Source: Eledone cirrhosa
Taxonomy: Eukaryota
Assembly: GCA_964016885.1 (NCBI GenBank)
Contig: OZ024741.1
Coordinates: forward strand, 11,532,001 to 11,596,000
DNA length: 64,000 nucleotides
Direction of reading: 5' to 3'
A program made the position numbers and the translations under genes. The notes beneath the pieces were generated by a model that was not told the DNA's origin, made no database searches, and saw only the letters and a list, made by a program, of their open reading frames with translations. Of the stretch, positions 17,001-35,500 are shown piece by piece (the first letter of the stretch is position 1; each line of letters begins with the position of its first letter).

Positions 17001-19550
17001 CTACTGAGTTACATACACACACCATCTACTGAGTTACATACACACACATCAACTGAGATACATACACACATCTACAGAGTTACATACAGACACATCTACT
17101 GAGTTACATATACACATCTACTAAGCTACATATACACACATCTACTGAGTTACAGACACACATCTACTGAGTTACATACACACATCTACTGAGTTACATA
17201 CACACACATCTACTGAGTTACATACACACATATTTACTGAGTTACATATACACATCTAATGAGCTACATACACACATATCTACTGAGTTACATACACACA
17301 TCTAGTGAGTTACATACACACATCTACTGAGTTACATACACACACATCTACTGAGTTACATACACGCACATCTACTGAGTTACATACATACATCTACTGA
17401 GTTACATACGCTCACATCTACTGAGTTACATACACACACATCTACAGAGTTACATATACACACCTCCACTGAGTTGGATACACACATCTACTGAGTTACA
17501 TATACACACATCTACTGTGTTACATACACACACCTCTACTGAGTTACATACATACACATCTACTGAGTTACATACACACACATCTACTGAGTTACATACA
17601 CACACATCTACTAAGTTACATACACACATCTACTGAGTTACATACACACAAATCTACTGAGTTACATACACACACATCTAATGAGTTACATACACGCACA
17701 TCTACTGAGTTACATACATACATCTACTGAGTTACATACAGACACATCTACTGAGTTACATACACACCTCTACTGAGTTACATACACACACCATCTACTG
17801 AGTTACATACACACACATCTTCTGAATTACATATACACACATCTACTGAGTTACATACACACACATCAACTGAGATACATACACACATCTACAGAGTTAC
17901 ATACAGACACATCTACTGAGTTACATATACACATCTACTAAGCTACATACACACACATCTACTGAGATACAGACACACATCTACTGAGTTACATACACAC
18001 ATCTACTGAGTTACATACACACACATCTACTGAGTTACATATACACATATCTACCGAGTTACATACACATATCTACTGAGTTACATACACTCACACAACT
18101 ACTGAGTTCCATGCACACTACTCCTGAGTTACATACACTCACATCTACTGAGTTACATACACTCACATCTACTGAGTTACATACACACACATCTACTGAG
18201 TTACATACACATATCTACTGAGTTACATACACACACAACTACTGAGTTACATGCACACATCTACTGAGTTACATACACACATATCTACTGAGTTACATAC
18301 ACACATCTACTGAGTTGCATACACACACATCTACTGAGTTACATACACACACATCTACTGTGTTACATACACACACATCTACTGAGTCACATACATACAT
18401 CTACTGAATTACATACACACACATCTACTGAGTTACATACACACGCATCTACTGAGTTACATACACACATCTACTGAATTACATACACGCACATCTACTG
18501 AGTTACATACACACACATCTACTGAGTTACATACACACACATCTACTGAGTTACATACAGACATATCTACTGAGTTACATACACACATCTACTGAGTTAC
18601 ATACACGCACATCTACTGAGTTACATACACACATCTACTGAGTTATATACACACACATCTACTGAGTTACATACATACATCTACTGAGTTACATACACAC
18701 ACATCTACTGAGTTACATACAAACACATCTACTGAGTTACATATACACACATTTCTGTGTTACATACACACACATCTACTGAGTTACATACACACATCTA
18801 CTGAGTTATATACACTCACATCTACTGAGTTACATACACTCACATCTACTGAGTTACATACACACATATCTACTGAGTTACATACACACATCTAATGAGC
18901 TACATACACACATATCTAATGAGTTACATACACACATCTAGTGAGTTACATACACACATCTACTGAGTTACATACACACACATCTACTGAGTTACATACA
19001 CACACCTCTACTGAGTTACATACACACATCCACTGTGTTACATACACGCACATCTACTGAGTTACATACATACATCTACTGAGTTACGTACGCGCACATC
19101 TACTGAGTTACATACACACACATCTACAGAGTTACATATACACACATCTACTGAGTTGGATACACACATCTACTGAGTTACATATACACACATCTACTGT
19201 GTTACATACACACACCTCTACTGAGTTACATACATACACATCTACTGAGTTACATACACACACATCTACTGAGTTACATACACACACATCTACTAAGTTA
19301 CATACACACATCTACTGAGTTACATACACACAAATCTACTGAGTTACATACACACATATCTAATGAGTTACATACACGCACATCTACTGAGTTACATACA
19401 TACATCTACTGAGTTACATACAGACACATCTACTGAGTTACATACACACCTCTACTGAGTTACATACACACACCATCTACTGAGTTACATACACACACAT
19501 CTTCTGAATTACATATACACACATCTACTGAGTTACATACACACACATCT
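15526..19550 (+). repeat. ~4.0-kb block A, duplicated at ~22832-26856 (offset 7306 bp)
   Basis: ORF pairs 15713/23019 and 16583/23889. Shared rare variants GAGATACAGAC 17964/25270, TTCCATGC 18107/25413 and GAGTTACGTACGCGC 19081/26387 all sit at +7306. Confidence 0.9.
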
Positions 19551-22500
19551 ACTGTGTTACATACACACATCTACTGAGTCACATACATACATCTACTGAA
19601 TTACATACACACACATCGACTGAGTTACATACACACGCATCTACTGAGTTACATACACACATCTACTGAATTACATACACGCACATTTACTGAGTTACAT
19701 ACACACATATCTACTGAGTTACATACACACACATCTCCTAAGTTACATACACACATCTACTGAGTTACATACATACACATCTATTAAATTACATACACAC
19801 ACATCTACTGAGTTACATACACACAAATCTACTGAGTTACATACACAAACATCTACTGAGTTATATACACACACATCTACTGAGTTACATACACACACAT
19901 CTACTGAGTTACATATACACACATCTACTGAGTTACATACACACATCTACTGAGTTACATACATACACATCTACTGAATTACGTACGCTCACAACTACTG
20001 AGTTACATACACTCACATCTACTGAGTTACATACACACGTCTACTGAGTTACATACACTCACATCTACTGTATTACATACACACATCTACTGAGTTACAT
20101 ACACACACATCTACTGAGTTATATACACACATATCTACTGAGTTACATACACACACATCTATTGAGTTACATACACACACAACTACTGTGTCAAATACAT
20201 ACACATCTACTGAGTTACATACACACATCTACTGAATTACGTACACACACATCTACTGAGTTACATACACACGCATCTACTAAGTTACATACACACATCT
20301 GCTGAGTTAGATACACACACATCTACTGAGTTACATACACACACATCCACTGAGTTACATACATACACATCTACTTAGTTACATACACACACATCTACTG
20401 AGTTAAATACACACACATCTACTGCGTTACATATACACACATCCACTGAGTTACATACACACACCTCTACTGAGTGACATACACACATCTACTGAGTTAC
20501 ATACACGCACATCTACTGAGTTACATACATACACCTACTGAGCTACATACACACACATCTACTTAGTTACATACACCGACATCTACTGTGTTACATATAC
20601 ACACATCTACTGAGTTACATACACACAAATCTACTGAGTTACCTACACACACATCTAATGAGTTACATACACGCACATCTACTGAGTTACATATACACAC
20701 ATCTACTGAGTTACATACACACACACATCAACTGAGATACATACACACATCTACAGAGTTACATACAGACACATCTACTGAGTTACATATACACATCTAC
20801 TAAGCTACATATACACACATCTACTGAGTTACAGACACACATCTACTGAGTTACATACACACATCTACTGAGTTACATACACACACATCTACTGAGTTAC
20901 ATACATACATCTACTGAGTTACATACATACACATCTACTGAGTTACATAAACACACATCTACTGAGTTACATACAGACACATCTACTGAGTTACATACAC
21001 ACCTCTACTGAGTTACATACACACACCATCTACTGAGTTACATACACACACATCAACTGAGATACATACACACATCTACAGAGTTACATACAGACACATC
21101 TACTGAGTTACATACACACATCTACTGAGTTACATACACACACATCTACTGAGTTACATACACACATCAACTGAGTTACATACACACATATCTACTGAGT
21201 TACATATACACATATCTACCGAATTACATACACACACAACTACTGAGTTCCATGCACACTACTCCTGAGTTACATACACTCACATCTACTGAGTTACATA
21301 CACTCACATCTACTGAGTTACATACACACACATCTACTGAGTTACATACACATATCTACTGAGTTACATACACACACAACTACTGAGTTACATGCACACA
21401 TCTACTGAGTTACATACACACATATCTACTGAGTTACATACACACCTCTACTTAGTTACATACACACATCTACTGAGTTGCATACACACACATCTACTGA
21501 GTTACATACACACACATCTACTGAGTCACATACATACATCTACTGAATTACATACACACACATCTATGAGTTACATACACACGCATCTACTGAGTTACAT
21601 ACACACATCTACTGAATTACATACACGCACATCTACTGAGTTACATACACACACATCTACTGAGTTACATACACACACATCTCCTAAGTTATATACACAC
21701 ATCTACTGAGTTACATACACACACATCTACTGAGTTACATACAGACATATCTACTGAGTTACATACACACATCTACTGAGTTACATACACGCACATCTAC
21801 TGAGTTACATACACACATCTACTGAGTTACATACACACACATCTACTGAGTTACATATATACATCTACTGAGTTACATACACACACATCTACTGAGTTAC
21901 ATACACACACATCTACTGAGTTACATATACACACATCTACTGTGTTACATACACACACATCTACTGAGTTACTTACACACATCTACTGAGTTATATACAC
22001 TCACATCTACTGAGTTACATACACACATCTAATGAGCTACATACACACATATCTACTGAGTTACATACACACATCTAGTGAGTTACATACACACATCTAC
22101 TGAGTTACATACACACACATCTACTGAGTTACATACACACACTTCTACTGAGTTACATACACACATCCACTGAGTTACATACACGCACATCTACTGAGTT
22201 ACATACATACATCTACTGAGTTACGTACGCTCACATCTACTGAGTTACATACACACACATCTACAGAGTTACATATACACACATCTACTGAGTTGCATAC
22301 ACACATCTACTGCGTTACATATACGCACATCTACTGTGTTACATACACACACATCTACTGAGTTACATACACAAACACCTACCGAGTTACATACACACAC
22401 ATCTTTTGTGTTACATACACACATCTACTGAGTCACATACATACATCTACTGAATTACATACACACGCATCTACTGAGTTACATACACACATCTACTGAA

Positions 22501-22831
22501 TTACATACACGCACATTTACTGAGTTACATACACACACATCTACTGAGTTACATACACACACATCTCCTAAGTTACATACACACATCTACTGAGTTACAT
22601 ACATACACATCTATTAAGTTACATACACACACATCTACTGAGTTACATACACACAAATCTACTGAGTTACATACACAAACATCTACTGAGTTATATACAC
22701 ACACATCTACTGAGTTACATACACACACATCTACTGAGTTACATACACACATCTACTGAGTTACATACATACACATCTACTGAATTGCGTACGCTCACAA
22801 CTACTGAGTTACATACACTCACATCTACTGA
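19551..22831 (+). repeat. ~3.3-kb block B, homologous to ~33915-37270 (offset 14364-14438 bp)
   Basis: ORF pairs 19743/34107 and 20588/34952 (14364) and 21392/35758 (14366). Shared rare variants include CTATTAAATTAC, TCTATGAG, GTTACTTAC, ACTTCTAC and GAATTGCGTACGC. Confidence 0.85.
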
Positions 22832-25800
22832 GTTACATACACACATCTACTGAGTCACATACATACATCTACTGAATTACATACACACATATCGACTGAG
22901 TTACATACACACGCATCTACTGAGTTACATACACACATCTACTGAATTACATACACGCACATTTACTGAGTTACATACACACACATCTACTGAGTTACAT
23001 ACACACACATCTCCTAAGTTACATACACACATCTACTGAGTTACATACATACACATCTATTGAGTTACATACACACACATCTACTGAGTTACATACACAC
23101 AAATCTACTGAGTTACATACACAAACATCTACTGAGTTATATACACACACATCTACTGAGTTACATACACACACATCTACTGAGTTACATATACACACAT
23201 CTACTGAGTTACATACACACATCTACTGAGTTACATACATACACATCTACTGAGTTACGTACGCTCACATCTACTGAGTTACATACACTCACATCTACTG
23301 AGTTACATACACACATCTACTGAGTTACATACACTCACATCTACTGAATTACATACACACATCTACTGAGTTACATACACACACATCTACTGAGTTATAT
23401 ACACACATATCTACTGAGTTACATACACACACATCTATTGAGGTACATACACACACATCTACTGTGTCAAATACATACACATCTACTGAGTTACATACAC
23501 ACATCTACTGAATTACGTACACACACATCTACTGAGTTACATACACACGCATCTACTGAGTTACATACACACATCTGCTGAGTTAGATACACACACATCT
23601 ACTGAGTTACATACACACACATCCACTGAGTTACATACATACACATCTACTTAGTTACATACACACACATCTACTGAGTTAAATACACACACATCTACTG
23701 CGTTACATATACACACATCCACTGAGTTACATACACACACCTCTACTGAGTGACATACACACATCTACTGAGTTACATACACGCACAGCTACTGAGTTAG
23801 ATACACACACATCTACTGAGTTACATACACACACATCCACTGAGTTACATACATACACATCTACTTAGTTACATACACACACATCTACTTAGTTACATAC
23901 ACCGACATCTACTGTGTTACATATACACACATCTACTGAGTTACATACACACAAATCTACTGAGTTACCTACACACACATCTAATGAGTTACATACACGC
24001 ACATCTTCTGAATTACATATACACACATCTACTGAGTTACATACACACACATCAACTGAGATACATACACACATCTACAGAGTTACATACAGACACATCT
24101 ACTGAGTTACATATACACATCTACTAAGCTACATATACACACATCTACTGAGTTACAGACACACATCTACTGAGTTACATACACACATCTACTGAGTTAC
24201 ATACACACACATCTACTGAGTTACATACATACATCTACTGAGTTACATACATACACATCTACAGAGTTATATAAACACACATCTACTGAGTTACATACAG
24301 ACACATCTACTGAGTTACATACACACACCATCTACTGAGTTACATACACACACATCAACTGAGATACATACACACATCTACAGAGTTACATACAGACACA
24401 TCTACTGAGTTACATATACACATCTACTAAGCTACATATACACACATCTACTGAGTTACAGACACACATCTACTGAGTTACATACACACATCTACTGAGT
24501 TACATACACACACATCTACTGAGTTACATACACACATATTTACTGAGTTACATATACACATCTAATGAGCTACATACACACATATCTACTGAGTTACATA
24601 CACACATCTAGTGAGTTACATACACACATCTACTGAGTTACATACACACACATCTACTGAGTTACATACACGCACATCTACTGAGTTACATACATACATC
24701 TACTGAGTTACATACGCTCACATCTACTGAGTTACATACACACACATCTACAGAGTTACATATACACACCTCCACTGAGTTGGATACACACATCTACTGA
24801 GTTACATATACACACATCTACTGTGTTACATACACACACCTCTACTGAGTTACATACATACACATCTACTGAGTTACATACACACACATCTACTGAGTTA
24901 CATGCACACACATCTACTAAGTTACATACACACATCTACTGAGTTACATACACACAAATCTACTGAGTTACATACACACACATCTAATGAGTTACATACA
25001 CGCACATCTACTGAGTTACATACATACATCTACTGAGTTACATACAGACACATCTACTGAGTTACATACACACCTCTACTGAGTTACATACACACACCAT
25101 CTACTGAGTTACATACACACACATCTTCTGAATTACATATACACACATCTACTGAGTTACATACACACACATCAACTGAGATACATACACACATCTACAG
25201 AGTTACATACAGACACATCTACTGAGTTACATATACACATCTACTAAGCTACATACACACACATCTACTGAGATACAGACACACATCTACTGAGTTACAT
25301 ACACACATCTACTGAGTTACATACACACACATCTACTGAGTTACATATACACATATCTACCGAGTTACATACACATATCTACTGAGTTACATACACTCAC
25401 ACAACTACTGAGTTCCATGCACACTACTCCTGAGTTACATACACTCACATCTACTGAGTTACATACACTCACATCTACTGAGTTACATACACACACATCT
25501 ACTGAGTTACATACACATATCTACTGAGTTACATACACACACAACTACTGAGTTACATGCACACATCTACTGAGTTACATACACACATATCTACTGAGTT
25601 ACATACACACATCTACTGAGTTGCATACACACACATCTACTGAGTTACATACACACACATCTACTGTGTTACATACACACACATCTACTGAGTCACATAC
25701 ATACATCTACTGAATTACATACACACACATCTACTGAGTTACATACACACGCATCTACTGAGTTACATACACACATCTACTGAATTACATACACGCACAT

Positions 25801-26856
25801 CTACTGAGTTACATACACACACATCTACTGAGTTACATACACACACATCTACTGAGTTACATACAGACATATCTACTGAGTTACATACACACATCTACTG
25901 AGTTACATACACGCACATCTACTGAGTTACATACACACATCTACTGAGTTATATACACACACATCTACTGAGTTACATACATACATCTACTGAGTTACAT
26001 ACACACACATCTACTGAGTTACATACAAACACATCTACTGAGTTACATATACACACATTTCTGTGTTACATACACACACATCTACTGAGTTACATACACA
26101 CATCTACTGAGTTATATACACTCACATCTACTGAGTTACATACACTCACATCTACTGAGTTACATACACACATATCTACTGAGTTACATACACACATCTA
26201 ATGAGCTACATACACACATATCTAATGAGTTACATACACACATCTAGTGAGTTACATACACACATCTACTGAGTTACATACACACACATCTACTGAGTTA
26301 CATACACACACCTCTACTGAGTTACATACACACATCCACTGTGTTACATACACGCACATCTACTGAGTTACATACATACATCTACTGAGTTACGTACGCG
26401 CACATCTACTGAGTTACATACACACACATCTACAGAGTTACATATACACACATCTACTGAGTTGGATACACACATCTACTGAGTTACATATACACACATC
26501 TACTGTGTTACATACACACACCTCTACTGAGTTACATACATACACATCTACTGAGTTACATACACACACATCTACTGAGTTACATACACACACATCTACT
26601 AAGTTACATACACACATCTACTGAGTTACATACACACAAATCTACTGAGTTACATACACACATATCTAATGAGTTACATACACGCACATCTACTGAGTTA
26701 CATACATACATCTACTGAGTTACATACAGACACATCTACTGAGTTACATACACACCTCTACTGAGTTACATACACACACCATCTACTGAGTTACATACAC
26801 ACACATCTTCTGAATTACATATACACACATCTACTGAGTTACATACACACACATCA
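22832..26856 (+). repeat. Second copy (A') of block A
   Basis: Same ordered variants as 15526-19550 at a constant +7306. Confidence 0.9.
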
Positions 26857-26859
26857 ACT

Positions 26860-29800
26860 GAGATACATACACACATCTACAGAGTTACATACAGACACAT
26901 CTACTGAGTTACATATACACATCTACTAAGCTACATACACACACATCTACTGAGTTACAGACACACATCTACTGAGTTACATACACACATCTACTGAGTT
27001 ACATACACACACATCTACTGAGTTACATACACACATCTACTGAGTTAAATACACACATATCTACTGAGTTACATATACACATATCTACCGAGTTACATAC
27101 ACATATCTACTGAGTTACATACACACACACAACTACTGAGTTCCATGCACACTACTCCTGAGTTACATACACTCACATCTACTGAGTACATACACTCACA
27201 TCTACTGAGTTACATACACGCACAACTACTGAGTTTCATGCACACATCTACTGAGTTACATACACACATATCTACTGAGTTACATACACACCTCTACTTA
27301 GTTACATACACACAGCTACTGAGTTGCATACATACACATCTACTGAGTTACATACACTCACATCTACTGAGTTACATACACACACATCTACTGAATCACA
27401 TACATACATCAACTAAATTACATACACACACATCTACTGAGTTACATACACACGCATCTACTGAGTTACATACACACTACTGCTGAGTTACATACACACA
27501 CATCTACTGAGTTACATACACACACATCTACTGTATTACATACACACACATCTACTGAGTCACATACATACATCTACTAAATTACATACACGCACATCTA
27601 CTGAGTTACATACACACACATCTACTGAGTTACATACACGCACATCTCCTAAGTTATATACACACATCTACTGAGTTACATACACACACATCTACTGAGT
27701 TACATACAGACATATCTACTGAGTTAAATACACACATCTACTGAGTTACATACACGCACATCTACTGAGTTACATACACACATCTACTGAGTTACATACA
27801 CACACATCTACTGAGTTACATACATACATCTACTGTGTTACATACACACACATCTACTGAGTTACATACACACACATCTACTGAGTTACATATACACACA
27901 TCTACTGTGTTACATACACACACATCTACTGAGTTACATACACACATCTACTGAGTTATATACACTCACATCTACTGAGTTACAAACACTCACATCTACT
28001 GAGTTACGTACACACATATCTACTGAGTTACATACACACATCTAGTGAGTTACATACACACATCTACTGAGTTACATACACACACATCTACTGAGTTACA
28101 TACACACACCTCTACTGAGTTACATACACACATCCACTGAGTTACATACACACACCTCTACTGAGTTACATACACACACCTCTACTGAGTTAGATACACA
28201 CATCCACTGAGCTACATACACACACCTCTACTCAGTTACATACACACATCTACTGAGTTATATACACACATCAACTGAGTTACATACACATACATCTACT
28301 GAATTACATACATACACATCTACTGAGTTACATACACACGCATCTACTGAGTTCCATACACACATCCAGTGAGTTACATACACGCACATCTACTGAGTTA
28401 CATACATACATCTACTGAGTTACGTACGCTCACATCTACTGAGTTACATTCACACACATCTACAGAGTTACATATACACACATCTACTGAGTTGCATACA
28501 CACATCTACTGAGTTACATATACACACATCTACTGTGTTACATACACACACCTCTACTGAGTTACATACATACACATCTACTGAGTTACATACACACACA
28601 TCTACTGAGTTACATACACACATCTACTGAGTTTCATACACACACATCTACTGAGTTACACACACATCTACTGAGTTACATATACACACATCTACTGAGT
28701 TGCATACACACATCTACTGAGTTACATATACACACATCTGCTGTGTTACATACACACACATCTACTGAGTCACATACATACACCTACTGAGTTACATACA
28801 CACATCAACTGAGTTACATACACATACATCTACTGAATTACATACATACACATCTACTGAGTTACATACACACGCATCTACTGAGTTACATACACACATC
28901 TGCTGAGTTACATACACACACATCTACTGAGTTACATACATACACATCTACTGAGTTACATACACACACATCTACTGAGTTACATACACACACATCTACT
29001 GAGTTGCATATACACACATCTACTGAGTTGCATATACACACATCTACTGAGTTACATACACACAAATCTACTGAGTTACATACACACACATCAACTGAGA
29101 TACATACACACATCTACAGAGTTACATACACACACATCTACTGACTTTCATATACACACATCTACTGAGTTAAATACACACACATCTACTGAGTTACATA
29201 CACAAACACCTACCGAGTTACATACACACACATCGACTGAGTTACATACACACGCATCTACTGAGTTACATACACACATCTACTGAATTACATACACGCA
29301 CATTTACTGAGTTACATACACACACATCTACTGAGTTACATACACACACATCTACTAAGTTACATACACACATCTTCTGAGTTACATACATACACATCTA
29401 TTGAGTTACATACACACACATCTACTGAGTTACATACACACAAATCTACTGAGTTACATACACAAACATCTACTGAGTTATATACACACACATCTACTGA
29501 GTTACATACACACACATCTACTGAGTTACATATACACACATCTACTGAGTTACATACACACATCTACTGAGTTACATACATACACATCTACTGAGTTACG
29601 TACGCTCACATCTACTGAGTTACATACACTCACATCTACTGAGTTACATACACACATCTACAGAGTTACATACACTCACATCTACTGAATTACATACACA
29701 CATCTACTGAGTTACATACACACACATCTACTGAGTTATATACACACATATCTACTGAGTTACATACACACACATCTATTGAGTTACATACACACACATC

Positions 29801-32800
29801 TACTGTGTCAAATACATACACATCTACTGAGTTACATACACACATCTACTGAATTACGTACACACACATCTACTGAGTTACATACACACGCATCTACTGA
29901 GTTACATACACACATCTGCTGAGTTAGATACACACACATCTACTGAGTTACATACACACACATCAACTGAGTTACATACATACACATCTACTTAGTTACA
30001 TACACACACATCTATTGAGTTAAATACACACACATCTACTGCGTTACATATACACACATCCACTGAGTTACATACACACACCTCTACTGAGTGACATACA
30101 CACATCTACTGAGTTACATACACGCACATCTACTGAGTTACATACATACACCTACTGAGCTACATACACACACATCTACTTAGTTACATACACCGACATC
30201 TACTGTGTTACATATACACACATCTACTGAGTTACATACACACAAATCTACTGAGTTACCTACACACACATCTAATGAGTTACATACACGCACATCTTCT
30301 GAATTACATATACACACATCTACTGAGTTACATACACACACATCAACTGAGATACATACACACATCTACAGAGTTACATACAGACACATCTACTGAGTTA
30401 CATATACACATCTACTAAGCTACATATACACACATCTACTGAGTTACAGACACACATCTACTGAGTTACATACACACATCTACTGAGTTACATACACACA
30501 CATCTACTGAGTTACATACATACATCTACTGAGTTACATACATACACATCTACTGAGTTATATAAACACACATCTACTGAGTTACATACAGACACATCTA
30601 CTGAGTTACATACACACCTCTACTGAGTTACATACACACACCATCTACTGAGTTACATACACACACATCAACTGAGATACATACACACATCTACAGAGTT
30701 ACATACAGACACATCTACTGAGTTACATATACACATCTACTAAGCTACATATACACACATCTACTGAGTTACAGACACACATCTACTGAGTTACATACAC
30801 ACATCTACTGAGTTACATACACACACATCTACTGAGTTACATACACACATATTTACTGAGTTACATACACACATCTAATGAGCTACATACACACATATCT
30901 ACTGAGTTACATACACACATCTAGTGAGTTACATACACACATCTACTGAGTTACATACACACACATCTACTGAGTTACATACACACACCTCTACTGAGTT
31001 ACATACACACATCCACTGAGTTACATATACGCACATCTACTGAGTTACATACATACATCTACTGAGTTACGTACGCTCACATCTACTGAGTTACATACAC
31101 ACACATCTACAGAGTTACATATACACACCTCTACTGAGTTGGATACACACATCTACTGAGTTACATATACACACATCTACTGTGTTACATACACACATCT
31201 CTACTGAGTTACATACATACACATCTACTGAGTTACATACACACACATCTACTGAGTTACATACACACACATCTACTAAGTTACATACACACATCTACTG
31301 AGTTACATACACACAAATCTACTGAGTTACATACACACACATCTAATGAGTTACATACACGCACATCTACTGAGTTACATACATACATCTACTGAGTTAC
31401 ATACAGACACATCTACTGAGTTACATACACACCTCTACTGAGTTACATACACACACCATCTACTGAGTTACATACACACACATCTTCTGAATTACATATA
31501 CACACATCTACTGAGTTACATACACACACATCAACTGAGATACATACACACATCTACAGAGTTACATACAGACACATCTACTGAGTTACATATACACATC
31601 TACTAAGCTACATACACACACATCTACTGAGTTACAGACACACATCTACTGAGTTACATACACACATCTACTGAGTTACATACACACACATCTACTGAGT
31701 TACATACACACATCTACTGAGTTACATACACACATATCTACTGAGTTACATATACACATATCTACCGAGTTACATACACATATCTACTGAGTTACATACA
31801 CACACACAACTACTGAGTTCCATGCACACTACTCCTGAGTTACATACACTCACATCTACTGAGTACATACACTCACATCTACTGAGTTACATACACACAC
31901 ATCTACTGAGTTACATACACATATCTACTGAGGTACATACACACACAACTACTGAGTTACATGCACACATCTACTGAGTTACATACACACATATCTTCTG
32001 AGTTACATACACACCTCTACTTAGTTACATACACACATCTACTGAGTTGCATACATATACATCTACTGAGTTACATACACTCACATCTACTGAGTTACAT
32101 ACACACACATCTACTGAATCACATACATACATCAACTAAATTACATACAAACACATCTACTGAGTTACATACACACGCATCTACTGAGTTACATACACAC
32201 TACTGCTGAGTTACATACACACACATCTACTGAGTTACATACACACACATCTACTGTGTTACATACACACACATCTACTGAGTCACATACATACATCTAC
32301 TGAATTACATACACGCACATCTACTGAGTTACATACACACACATCTACTGAGTTACATACACACACATCTCCTAAGTTATATACACACATCTACTGAGTT
32401 ACATACACACACATCTACTGAGTTACATACAGACATATCTACTGAGTTACATACACACATCTACTGAGTTAAATACACGCACATCTACTGAGTTACATAC
32501 ACACATCTACTGAGTTACATACACACACATCTACTGAGTTACATACATACATCTACTGAGTTACATACACACACATCTACTGAGTTACATACACACACAT
32601 CTACTGAGTTACATATACACACATCTACTGTGTTACATACACACACATCTACTGAGTTACATACACACATCTACTGAGTTATATACACTCACATCTACTG
32701 AGTTACATACACTCACATCTACTGAGTTACGTACACACATATCTACTGAGTTACATACACACATCTAGTGAGTTACATACACACATCTACTGAGTTACAT

Positions 32801-35500
32801 ACACACACATCTACTGAGTTACATACACACACCTCTACTGAGTTACATACACACATCCACTGAGTTACATACACACACCTCTACTGAGTTACATACACAC
32901 ATCTACTGAGTTATATACACACATCAACTGAGTTACATACACATACATCTACTGAATTACATACATACACATCTACTGAGTTACACACACACGCATCTAC
33001 TGAGTTACATACACACATCCAGTGAGTTACATACACGCACATCTACTGAGTTACATACATACATCTACTGAGTTACGTACGCTCACATCTACTGAGTTAC
33101 ATTCACACACATCTACAGAGTTACATATACACACATTTACTGAGTTGCATACACACATCTACTGAGTTACATATACACACATCTACTGTGTTACATACAC
33201 ACACCTCTACTGAGTTACATACATACACATCTACTGAGTTACATACACACACATCTACTGAGTTACATACACACACATCTACTAAGTTACATACACACAT
33301 CTACTGAGTTACATACACACATCTACTGAGTTACATACACACACATCTACTGAGTTACACACACATCTACTGAGTTACATATACACACATCTACTGAGTT
33401 GCATACACACATCTACTGAGTTACATATACACACATCTGCTGTGTTACATACACACGCCTCTACTGCGTAACATACATACACCTACTGAGTTACATACAC
33501 ACATCAACTGAGTTACATACACATACATCTACTGAATTACATACATACACATCTACTGAGTTACATACACACACATCTACTGAGTTACATACACACACAC
33601 ATCTACTGAGTTACATACATACACATCTACTGAGTTACATACACACACATCTACTGAGTTACATACACACACATCTACTGAGTTACATATACACACATCT
33701 ACTGAGTTACATGTACACACATCTACTGAGTTACATACACACAAATCTACTGAGTTACATACACACACATCAACTGAGATACATACACACATCTACAGAG
33801 TTACATACACACACATCTACGGACTTTCATATACACACATCTACTGAGTTAAATACACACACATCTACTGAGTTACATACACAAACACCTACCGAGTTAC
33901 ATACACACACATCTACTGTGTTACATACACACATCTACTGAGTCACATACATACATCTACTGAATTACATACACACACATCGACTGAGTTACATACACAC
34001 GCATCTACTGAGTTACATACACACATCTACTGAATTACATACACGCACATTTACTGAGTTACATACACACATATCTACTGAGTTACATACACACACATCT
34101 CCTAAGTTACATACACACATCTACTGAGTTACATACATACACATCTATTAAATTACATACACACACATCTACTGAGTTACATACACACAAATCTACTGAG
34201 TTACATACACAAACATCTACTGAGTTATATACACACACATCTACTGAGTTACATACACACACATCTACTGAGTTACATATACACACATCTACTGAGTTAC
34301 ATACACACATCTACTGAGTTACATACATACACATCTACTGAATTACGTACGCTCACAACTACTGAGTTACATACACTCACATCTACTGAGTTACATACAC
34401 ACGTCTACTGAGTTACATACACTCACATCTACTGTATTACATACACACATCTACTGAGTTACATACACACACATCTACTGAGTTATATACACACATATCT
34501 ACTGAGTTACATACACACACATCTATTGAGTTACATACACACACAACTACTGTGTCAAATACATACACATCTACTGAGTTACATACACACATCTACTGAA
34601 TTACGTACACACACATCTACTGAGTTACATACACACGCATCTACTAAGTTACATACACACATCTGCTGAGTTAGATACACACACATCTACTGAGTTACAT
34701 ACACACACATCCACTGAGTTACATACATACACATCTACTTAGTTACATACACACACATCTACTGAGTTAAATACACACACATCTACTGCGTTACATATAC
34801 ACACATCCACTGAGTTACATACACACACCTCTACTGAGTGACATACACACATCTACTGAGTTACATACACGCACATCTACTGAGTTACATACATACACCT
34901 ACTGAGCTACATACACACACATCTACTTAGTTACATACACCGACATCTACTGTGTTACATATACACACATCTACTGAGTTACATACACACAAATCTACTG
35001 AGTTACCTACACACACATCTAATGAGTTACATACACGCACATCTACTGAGTTACATATACACACATCTACTGAGTTACATACACACACACATCAACTGAG
35101 ATACATACACACATCTACAGAGTTACATACAGACACATCTACTGAGTTACATATACACATCTACTAAGCTACATATACACACATCTACTGAGTTACAGAC
35201 ACACATCTACTGAGTTACATACACACATCTACTGAGTTACATACACACACATCTACTGAGTTACATACATACATCTACTGAGTTACATACATACACATCT
35301 ACTGAGTTACATAAACACACATCTACTGAGTTACATACAGACACATCTACTGAGTTACATACACACCTCTACTGAGTTACATACACACACCATCTACTGA
35401 GTTACATACACACACATCAACTGAGATACATACACACATCTACAGAGTTACATACAGACACATCTACTGAGTTACATACACACATCTACTGAGTTACATA
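26860..35500 (+). repeat. Moderately diverged ~4.7-kb higher-order repeat, about two copies
   Basis: TTCCATGC at 27141/31818 (4677). ORF pairs 29360/34107 and 30205/34952 (4747). The variant order is the same, with private substitutions and monomer indels. Confidence 0.65.
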
